A stretch of DNA of 61,670 nucleotides from Candidatus Erginobacter occultus (GTDB lineage: Bacteria > Auribacterota > Erginobacteria > Erginobacterales > Erginobacteraceae): positions 1 through 61,670 of the forward strand of contig JAVCCZ010000064.1 of NCBI GenBank assembly GCA_030765265.1, in the 5' to 3' direction. The translations under genes and the position numbers were made by a program. How positions within the stretch are numbered: the stretch's first letter is position 1; each line of letters begins with the position of its first letter. Positions 19,729 to 26,445 of this stretch are shown here, in pieces. The notes beneath the pieces were generated by a model, which ran no database searches, was not told where the DNA came from, and was given only the letters and a program-made list of their open reading frames with translations.

Positions 19729-19773
19729 GCAGTGGGGAGTAGGAAGTGGACAGTGATCGGTGATCGGTGAACG
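19711..19773. repeat. Nine tandem degenerate heptads (GTGGGCA family)
   Basis: GTGGGCA GTGGGCA GTAGGCA GTGGGGA GTAGGAA GTGGACA GTGATCG GTGATCG GTGAACG, counted base by base. It overlaps the last codons and the TAG of prfB. Confidence 0.85.
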
Positions 19774-19807
19774 CGCAAGCGGCAAATCGAGTTAAGGGAA
19801 CAACGAA

Positions 19808-21292
19808 ATGGATGAACTCAGAGAACAGCGGATCAAGAAAGTCGGGGAATTGTCGGACCGGGGGATCGACCCCTTCGGCGGCCGTTTCCTCCGGAGCGAC
19901 GAAGCCCAGGCCTGTCATACCGGTTACCGGGAAGGGAAGGAAGTGGCGGTTGCCGGCCGCCTGGCCTCGATCCGGGGCCACGGGAAGACCGTCTTCGCCG
20001 ATCTCCACGACTCCAGCGGCAAGATCCAGCTCTACCTGAGGCGGGACAATCTGGAAGGGGCGGGGCTGGAGATCCTCGATCGGCTCGACCTGGGGGATAT
20101 TGTCGGGGTCCGGGGGGAACTCTTCACCACCCGCAAGGGGGAGATCAGCGTCCTGGTCCGGGAACTGACCCTCCTGAGTAAGGCTTTACTGCCGCCGCCG
20201 GAGAAGTGGCACGGCTTGAAGGATCGGGAGATCCGTTACCGCCGCCGTTATCTCGACCTGGTCGCCAACCGGGAGGTGGCGGAACTCTTCCGTCTCCGCT
20301 CCCGGATCATCCGGGAGATCCGGAGTTTCCTCGACCGGCGGGGGTTTCTCGAGGTGGAGACCCCGATGATGCAGCCGATCCCCGGGGGCGCCGCCGCCCG
20401 GCCGTTTCAGACCTTCTACGCCGCGCTCCACGCCCCGATGTTTTTGCGGATCGCCCCCGAGCTCTACCTGAAGCGGCTCCTGGTCGGGGGTTTTGAGAAA
20501 GTATACGAGCTGAACCGGAACTTCCGCAACGAGGGACTTTCCCGGAGTCATAACCCGGAATTCACGATGCTCGAGATCTACGAAGCCTACGGGGACTGCC
20601 GGACGATGATGGAACTGGTCGAATCCCTGGTCACGGAAGTGGCGGATAAGGCCTGCGGCAACCTGACCCCGGCTTCGGGAGAGGCGGTGATCGATCTCAA
20701 CCCGCCCTGGAAAAGGATCCCTTACCGGGACCTGGTTGGAGAATTTCTGGGCCGGGAAGACTGGTTCTCTCTCTCCCCGGAGGAGATGGCCGCCGAAGCC
20801 GTCGGGCGGGGGCTGGAAGTCTCCCCGGAGATGACGCCGATGGAAATCACCCACGAGATCTACGAGAAATGCGTCGAGCCGTCCCTGATCCAGCCGACTT
20901 TCGTCCTCGATTTTCCCGCCTCCCTGGTCCCCCTGGCCCGGCGGAAAAAGGACGACCCGGATTCGGTCGACGTCTTCGAGCTGGTGATCAACGGGACCGA
21001 GGTCGCCCCGGGCTATTCCGAGCTGAACGATCCCCTGGAACAGCGGCGCCGGTTCCAGGACCAGGCGGCCGCCCGCCCCCCGGACGCCACCGATGCCGGC
21101 GGGGAGATCGACGAGGATTTTCTCGAGGCGATGGAGTCCGGGATGCCGCCGGCCGGGGGGGCCGGGATCGGGATCGACCGCCTGGTGATGATCCTGACCG
21201 GGGCCGCTTCGATCCGGGACGTGATTTTGTTTCCCCAGCTGCGACCGAAAAAGGAAGATCCGAACCCCGAAGCCTCGCCGGCAAATCCGTAG
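19808..21292 (+). CDS. lysS: Lysine--tRNA ligase (class II)
   Basis: OB-fold N-domain (VAVAGRLASIRGHGKTVFADLHDSSGKIQLY), class II motifs (FLEVETPMMQ; YELNRNFRNEG; GAGIGIDRLVM). Confidence 0.95.
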   Translation: MDELREQRIKKVGELSDRGIDPFGGRFLRSDEAQACHTGYREGKEVAVAGRLASIRGHGKTVFADLHDSSGKIQLYLRRDNLEGAGLEILDRLDLGDIVGVRGELFTTRKGEISVLVRELTLLSKALLPPPEKWHGLKDREIRYRRRYLDLVANREVAELFRLRSRIIREIRSFLDRRGFLEVETPMMQPIPGGAAARPFQTFYAALHAPMFLRIAPELYLKRLLVGGFEKVYELNRNFRNEGLSRSHNPEFTMLEIYEAYGDCRTMMELVESLVTEVADKACGNLTPASGEAVIDLNPPWKRIPYRDLVGEFLGREDWFSLSPEEMAAEAVGRGLEVSPEMTPMEITHEIYEKCVEPSLIQPTFVLDFPASLVPLARRKKDDPDSVDVFELVINGTEVAPGYSELNDPLEQRRRFQDQAAARPPDATDAGGEIDEDFLEAMESGMPPAGGAGIGIDRLVMILTGAASIRDVILFPQLRPKKEDPNPEASPANP

Positions 21293-21366
21293 TTCTGATT
21301 CTTTATTCTGTATTCTGAATTCTGTTTTCAAACTTCGAACTTCGAACGTTTAACTTTTAACTTCCA
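21293..21366. repeat. 7-nt periodic array filling the whole lysS-lolC/E spacer
   Basis: TTCTGAT TCTTTAT TCTGTAT TCTGAAT TCTGTTT TCAAACT TCGAACT TCGAACG TTTAACT TTTAACT TCCA, followed by the ATG at 21367. Confidence 0.85.
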
Positions 21367-22602
21367 ATGCTTCCCTTCACCATCTGGTCGGGTTTTCGTT
21401 TCCTCCGTTTCCGGGGCAAGGAGTCCTTTGTCTCCCTGATCACGGTCATCTCCATCGCCGGGGTGGCGGTGGGGGTGATGACCCTGATGGTGGTGATGTC
21501 GGTGATGAGCGGATTCGACCGGGAACTGAAGGAAAAGTTTCTCGGGGTCTACGGCAACGTGGTCATCACTTCCTCCGGACTGCTCCAGGATTATCCGGAT
21601 CTGATCGACCGGGTGAAGACGCTCCCCCGGGTGGAGGCGGCCGCCCCCTTTATCGCCGGACAGGTTATCTTAAGGACCCGAAACCGGGCCCTGGGGGTCA
21701 ACCTCCGCGGGATCGACCCCCGGGCCGAGGTCGGGGTCAGCCGCCTCGGCCACTACCTCGAGGAAGGAACGCTTGACCTGGCCGAAGACGAGATCCTGGT
21801 CGGGGCCCAGTTCGCCCGGATCTGCGGCCTGGTGCTGGGGGACCGGGTAATCGTGATCTCCCCCGGGCAAGGCCTCCTCCCCGGCGCCGCCGGGGCCCGC
21901 CGGCAGGGTTTTACCGTGGCCGGGATCTTCAAATCGGGGATGGCCCAGTACGACCTGGAACTGGCTTACGTCGACCTGGCTTCCGCCGCCGATCTCTTCG
22001 GCTTCGGCCGGGGGGTTAACGGGATCAGCCTTAAGGTCGACAACGTGGAACACGCCCACGCGGTCAAGCTGGAGATCGAGGGAATTCTCCCCCCGCCCCG
22101 CTACCAGGTGCGGAGCTGGATGGAGCTGAACAAGCCGCTCTTCGCCGCCATCCAGGTGGAGAAGAACCTGATGTTCATCATCGTGATGCTGATCACCGTG
22201 GTCGCTTCCCTGAACATCGCCAGCACCCTGATCGTTTCGGTCAAGGAGAAGACCCGGGCGATCGGGATTTTCAAGGCCCTGGGGGCCACCGAGGCGATGA
22301 TTCGGAAGATCTTCACCCTCCAGGGGCTGCTGATCGGTCTGATCGGGACCTTGATCGGGGTCGGGGCCGGTCTCTTCCTGATCGGCCGGATCAACCAGGT
22401 CGCCGACTTTATCTCCGCCCATTTCGGGATCGAGGTCTTCCCCCCCGATGTCTATTACTTCGAGAGCATCCCGGCCCGGATCAATCCGCTGGAGACGGCG
22501 ATCATCGCCGGCTGCGCCCTGCTGATCAGCATCCTGGCCTCGCTCTACCCGTCCTGGCGGGCCGCCCGGATGGAACCGGTCCAGGCCCTGAGATATGAAT
22601 AA
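21367..22602 (+). CDS. Lipoprotein-releasing system permease (LolC/E family, FtsX fold)
   Basis: MacB/FtsX-type topology with a periplasmic domain between TM1 and TM2, and a C-terminal PSWRAARMEPVQALRYE signature. Followed by lolD. Confidence 0.85.
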   Translation: MLPFTIWSGFRFLRFRGKESFVSLITVISIAGVAVGVMTLMVVMSVMSGFDRELKEKFLGVYGNVVITSSGLLQDYPDLIDRVKTLPRVEAAAPFIAGQVILRTRNRALGVNLRGIDPRAEVGVSRLGHYLEEGTLDLAEDEILVGAQFARICGLVLGDRVIVISPGQGLLPGAAGARRQGFTVAGIFKSGMAQYDLELAYVDLASAADLFGFGRGVNGISLKVDNVEHAHAVKLEIEGILPPPRYQVRSWMELNKPLFAAIQVEKNLMFIIVMLITVVASLNIASTLIVSVKEKTRAIGIFKALGATEAMIRKIFTLQGLLIGLIGTLIGVGAGLFLIGRINQVADFISAHFGIEVFPPDVYYFESIPARINPLETAIIAGCALLISILASLYPSWRAARMEPVQALRYE

Positions 22603-22614
22603 AAGATTACCGTA

Positions 22615-22644
22615 ATCGCTATCGCTATCGGGATCGCTATCCGC
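22615..22644. repeat. Hexamer array ATCGCT x5 (degenerate)
   Basis: ATCGCT ATCGCT ATCGGG ATCGCT ATCCGC. Related GATAGCGAT words occur at 30485-30520 and 56717-56784. Confidence 0.75.
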
Positions 22645-22686
22645 CTTCGCTGAAGCGGCGGCGGACCAAGTCGGGATCGAATTAAA

Positions 22687-23403
22687 TTGAATAATCCACA
22701 CTCAAATCAATCCGACGACTCTTTCCTCTGCGCCCAGGAGGTAACCCGGGTCTTTAGGATTGGGAAACGGGAACTTCCCATCCTCAAGGGGGTCGACCTG
22801 ACCCTGGGAAGAGGCGAGATCGCCGTACTGGCCGGTCCCTCGGGGGCGGGGAAGAGCACCCTCCTCCATATCCTCGGCGGTCTCGATCTTCCCACCTCGG
22901 GCCGGGTTTTTTTAGACGGCGAGGATGTCTTCCGCCTCGGCCGGCGTCAACGGGCCCGCCTGCGGAGCGAGAAGGTCGGCTTCGTCTTTCAATTCTTTCA
23001 TCTCCTCCCGGAATTCAAGGCCTGGGAGAACGTGATTATGCCCCGCCGGATCCGCGCCGCCGGGTCCGGGCTGACCGGACGGCTCCGCGATGAGGCGGCC
23101 CGGCTCCTCGACCTGGTCGGGATGACCGGGCGGATGGAACATTACCCCTCCCAGCTTTCCGGGGGCGAACAGCAGCGGGTGGCGGTGGCCCGTTCCCTGG
23201 CCAACGATCCGGGGTTGATCCTGGCCGACGAGCCGACCGGGAACCTCGATACCCGTTCCGGCGGCGAACTGCTCGATCTCTTCGGGAAACTTCATTCCCA
23301 GACCGGCAAGACCCTGCTCCTGGTCTCTCACGACAAGCAGGTGGCCGACTGGTCCCCCCGGGTGATCCATATCCGCGACGGCCTGATCGAGGAGACCGGA
23401 TAA
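22687..23403 (+). CDS. lolD: Lipoprotein-releasing system ATP-binding protein
   Basis: Walker [36 protein letters not shown]. Only a TTG start (22687) is available upstream of the conserved N-terminus. Confidence 0.88.
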   Translation: MNNPHSNQSDDSFLCAQEVTRVFRIGKRELPILKGVDLTLGRGEIAVLAGPSGAGKSTLLHILGGLDLPTSGRVFLDGEDVFRLGRRQRARLRSEKVGFVFQFFHLLPEFKAWENVIMPRRIRAAGSGLTGRLRDEAARLLDLVGMTGRMEHYPSQLSGGEQQRVAVARSLANDPGLILADEPTGNLDTRSGGELLDLFGKLHSQTGKTLLLVSHDKQVADWSPRVIHIRDGLIEETG

Positions 23404-23459
23404 CAGGAACATTTTTTGACAGGATAACAGGATAATACAGGATAGAGTAAAACCTGTCC
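23398..23459. repeat. GGATAACAGG octamer-word array, starts on the lolD stop codon
   Basis: GGATAACA GGAACATT TTTTGACA GGATAACA GGATAATA CAGGATAG AGTAAAAC CTGTCC. The lolD TAA (23401-23403) lies inside the first word. Confidence 0.75.
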
Positions 23460-23472
23460 CGGCGGTTCCTGA

Positions 23473-23680
23473 TTATGATGTGGCACCCCGTTGGGGTGCC
23501 GGGAGGGGGGAGAGATATAATTGCGGGTATCCCGGGGTTTCACCCCGGGCTATGATGTGGGACGCCGTTGGCGTCCTTGCCGTTCACCCCAAAGGGGTGA
23601 TACGTCATAGCCCGGCGAGCATCGCCGGGATTCCGGGTGGTTCATTTAACCCGCACCCCAAAGGGGTGCAACATCATATG
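23473..23680. repeat. Cluster of four hairpin-containing repeat units (two forward, two inverted)
   Basis: Forward units are TTATGATGTGG+GGCACCCC-GTT-GGGGTGCC (23473-23500) and CCCGGGG-TTTCA-CCCCGGG+CTATGATGTGG+GACGCC-GTTG-GCGTC (23531-23576). The inverted counterparts lie at 23584-23629 and 23653-23680. Confidence 0.8.
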
Positions 23681-23845
23681 CTTGATTGAGTTAATTTCTG
23701 GTGATTGACGCATATTTTGTGCGAATACTTTAAATCACTTTAAATCAGGCTGGGATAGATGGGATAGATCCGATACAATCGTCTGTCGCATTCAAGGGGA
23801 CGAGGCGGGGTTTATCTGTTAAAACTGTTCGCGGGAGGAAAAATT

Positions 23846-24721
23846 ATGCAAGTTTACGTTAACGGGAAATATTGCGAGAAAGAGGATGCCCGGATCTCGG
23901 TCTTCGACCACGGATTGCTTTACGGCGACGGAGTCTTCGAGGGGATCCGGGTCTACGCGGGTAAAATCTTCAGGCTGGATGAACACCTGGAGCGTCTCTA
24001 CGAATCGGCCAAGGCAATCGATCTCCGCGTCGGCCAGACGATCACTGAGATGCGGGACCTGGTCCTGGAAGCTGTCCGCCGCAACGGCCTCGCCGATGCC
24101 TATATCCGGCTTCTGATTACCCGGGGGGTGGGAGACCTGGGGATAAACCCCTATACCTGCGGGTCCTCGGGGTTGATTATCATTGTCGATAAGATCGTCC
24201 TTTACCCGCCGGAGATGTACGATAAGGGCCTGGCCGTGATCACGGTGGCCACCCAGCGAAACCTCCCGGAAGCGGTCAACCCCCGGATCAAGTCGCTCAA
24301 TTATCTCAATAACATCCTGGCCAAGATTGAGGCGATCAACGCCGGGGTCGAGGAGGCGATAATGCTCAACTCCTTCGGCCTGGTCTCGGAATGCGCGGGG
24401 GACAATATCTTCGCCGTCCGCAAGGGCGTTATCCTCACCCCCTCGATCAGTATGGGGGTGCTGGAAGGGGTGACCCGGAACGCGGTGATCGAGATGGCCC
24501 GGGAAAAGGGGAGGGAAGTCAAGCAGCTGGTGATGACCCGGCACGATCTGTTTATCGCCGACGAGTGCTTCCTCACCGGGACCGCGGCCGAGATCGTCCC
24601 GGTGGTCAAGGTTGACGGCCGGGTGATCGGCGACGGGAAACCGGGCCCGATCACCCGGGACCTGACCGAAACCTACCACCGCCTGACCCGGGAGGAAGGG
24701 ACGGAGGTCGGTAATCAGTAA
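23846..24721 (+). CDS. ilvE: Branched-chain amino acid aminotransferase (fold type IV)
   Basis: N-terminus VFDHGLLYGDGVFEGIRVY, catalytic-Lys region (PRIKSLNYLNNILAK), ~290 aa class IV size. Confidence 0.9.
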   Translation: MQVYVNGKYCEKEDARISVFDHGLLYGDGVFEGIRVYAGKIFRLDEHLERLYESAKAIDLRVGQTITEMRDLVLEAVRRNGLADAYIRLLITRGVGDLGINPYTCGSSGLIIIVDKIVLYPPEMYDKGLAVITVATQRNLPEAVNPRIKSLNYLNNILAKIEAINAGVEEAIMLNSFGLVSECAGDNIFAVRKGVILTPSISMGVLEGVTRNAVIEMAREKGREVKQLVMTRHDLFIADECFLTGTAAEIVPVVKVDGRVIGDGKPGPITRDLTETYHRLTREEGTEVGNQ

Positions 24722-24774
24722 TCGGTGAACGGTAATCAATAATCGATGGGAAAATCCCATTCCCCATTCCCCAA
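24710..24774. repeat. Two adjacent heptad arrays spanning the ilvE stop to just before mcsA
   Basis: GGTAATC AGTAATC GGTGAAC GGTAATC AATAATC (24710-24744), then ATCCCAT TCCCCAT TCCCCAA (24754-24774). Confidence 0.8.
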
Positions 24775-24778
24775 TAAG

Positions 24779-25317
24779 ATGATCTGCCCGCATTGCCATA
24801 AGAACGAGGTTACCGTCCATTATACCGAGATCATCGACGGGAAGATGGTCGAGTACCACCTCTGCGAAGACTGCGCTCGGGAGAAGGGTTTCGCCCTCAC
24901 CCCCTCCGACGCGATGGCCGAGCTGATCGGCAGCCTGGCCGCGGAGCGTCACCCGGAGGGAGACGAAAATCCGGCCTGTCCCCACTGCGGATTGACCCTG
25001 AAAGATATCCGGGCCGGGGGGAGACTGGGCTGCGGGGAGTGCTACCGGGCCTTTGCCGCCAACCTCCAACCGCTGTTGAAAGCCCTCCACCGGGGTACCA
25101 GGCATACCGGCCGGGTCCCGGCCTCCCTGGGGAGGCTGCGCCGGCCTCCCGGGAGGAGAGCAACGACCTCGCGACGCCGGCGGCAAAGGAAGAGGACCCC
25201 AAGGCGGAGATCGCCCGGTTGCGGGGGGAAATACAAACAGCCGTGGCGGCCGAAGACTACGAAAAGGCGGCCCAACTTCGCGACCGTCTCGTCGCGCTTT
25301 CGGGCAAGAAAGCATAA
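24779..25317 (+). CDS. mcsA: McsA-like protein arginine kinase activator, reading frame interrupted (N-terminal Zn-finger part and C-terminal UVR part are in different frames)
   Basis: The frame of ORF 24746.. encodes MICPHCHKNE...CEDCAREKGF...CPHCGLTLKDIRAGGRLGCGECY...LHRGTRHTGRVP. The UVR motif EIARLRGEIQTAVAAEDYEKAAQLRDRL lies in the frame of ORF 25039..25317. Confidence 0.7.
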
Positions 25318-25388
25318 AACCGGAGGCCCCTCTGCCGCCGGCGCGGTCGGAGCCCCGGGGTAATTTCCCCGGGAGAAATAATCTCAAG

Positions 25389-26444
25389 ATGGAACGATTT
25401 TTAAGCAATATCGCCCCCTGGCTCTCCGGCGACGGGCCGGAGGCGGAGATCGTCTTTTCCAGCCGGATCCGTCTGGCCCGGAACATCCGGAGCTATAACT
25501 TTTCCCGGAGATTGAGCCGGCGGCAGCGCGGCGAACTCTTCGATCGGATCGTCGCCGGGGTCCGGCGGGCCGGGATCTTTTCCGATCCCCTGGTCTATAA
25601 AATGGAAGATCTCTCGGAACTCGACCGGCGGTTTCTCCAAGAGAGGCGGCTGATCAGCCGGGAACTGTCGCCGGAGGGGCAGGGGGGGGTGATGATCGGC
25701 GGCGACGAGGTGGTCAGCCTGATGATCAACGAGGAAGACCATCTCCGGGTCCAGGTGATCCGCTCCGGCTTGAGCCTGGAAGAGTGCTGGGATGAGATCG
25801 AGCGGATCGACCGCCGTCTGGAACGGGAACTGCCCTTCGAATGCGCCGCCGACCTCGGTTATCTCACCGCCTGCCCGAGCAATGTCGGGACCGGGATGAG
25901 AGCTTCGGTGATGATGCATCTTCCCGCCCTGGTCTTGCGGCGCCAGATCGGGAAGATCATCCAGGCCCTGGGCAAGCTGGGACTGGCGGTCCGGGGGCTG
26001 TACGGAGAAGGTTCCCCGGCTTCCGGGAATATCTTCCAGATCTCCAACCAGGCCACGCTGGGGAAGTCGGAGCGGGAGATCATCGGCGACCTCGACCGGA
26101 TCATCCGGAAGATCATCGACCACGAACGCGCCGGCCGCCGGGAACTCCTCGACGGCCAGCTGCTGAAGCTGGAAGACCGGATCTTCCGGGCCCAGGGAAT
26201 TCTCGGCTCGGCCCGCCTGATCTCCAGCGAGGAGGCGATCAGTCTCCTCTCCCTCCTCCGGATGGGGGTCGATCTCGGCATCTTCGCCGAGATCCCCCGG
26301 CGGACGGTCAATCAGATATTCATCCAATCTCAGCCGGCCCACCTGCAGAAGCTGGCCGGGAGCGAACTCACCCCGGAAAAGCGGGACGCGCTCCGGGCCC
26401 GGTTGATCCGGGAACGGCTGGTGAAAACCAAAAAGGAAGATTGA
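25389..26444 (+). CDS. mcsB: Protein arginine kinase (ATP:guanido phosphotransferase)
   Basis: EEDHLRVQV and [20 protein letters not shown] guanido-kinase signatures; ~350 aa; located between mcsA and clpC. Confidence 0.92.
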   Translation: MERFLSNIAPWLSGDGPEAEIVFSSRIRLARNIRSYNFSRRLSRRQRGELFDRIVAGVRRAGIFSDPLVYKMEDLSELDRRFLQERRLISRELSPEGQGGVMIGGDEVVSLMINEEDHLRVQVIRSGLSLEECWDEIERIDRRLERELPFECAADLGYLTACPSNVGTGMRASVMMHLPALVLRRQIGKIIQALGKLGLAVRGLYGEGSPASGNIFQISNQATLGKSEREIIGDLDRIIRKIIDHERAGRRELLDGQLLKLEDRIFRAQGILGSARLISSEEAISLLSLLRMGVDLGIFAEIPRRTVNQIFIQSQPAHLQKLAGSELTPEKRDALRARLIRERLVKTKKED

Positions 26445-26445
26445 A

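Noticed and set aside
23480-23689. 69-aa ORF in the lolD-ilvE non-coding stretch.
   Set aside because: It is composed entirely of the hairpin repeat units, and its reverse-oriented copies would encode unrelated sequence. There is no RBS.
24710-24744. CtsR operator upstream of the mcsA-mcsB-clpC operon.
   Set aside because: The heptads (GGTAATC and similar) are contiguous with period 7 and do not match the (A/G)GTCAAA-NAN-(A/G)GTCAAA consensus. No ctsR gene is present in the window.
25121-25206. Programmed -1 ribosomal frameshift in mcsA.
   Set aside because: No X XXY YYZ slippery heptamer or obvious downstream pseudoknot was found in the zero frame. An indel is more parsimonious. It is kept only as an alternative in the finding.
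25039-25317. Independent 92-aa gene overlapping mcsA.
   Set aside because: Its only recognisable content is the UVR motif that belongs at the C-terminus of McsA. It is better explained as the displaced second half of mcsA.
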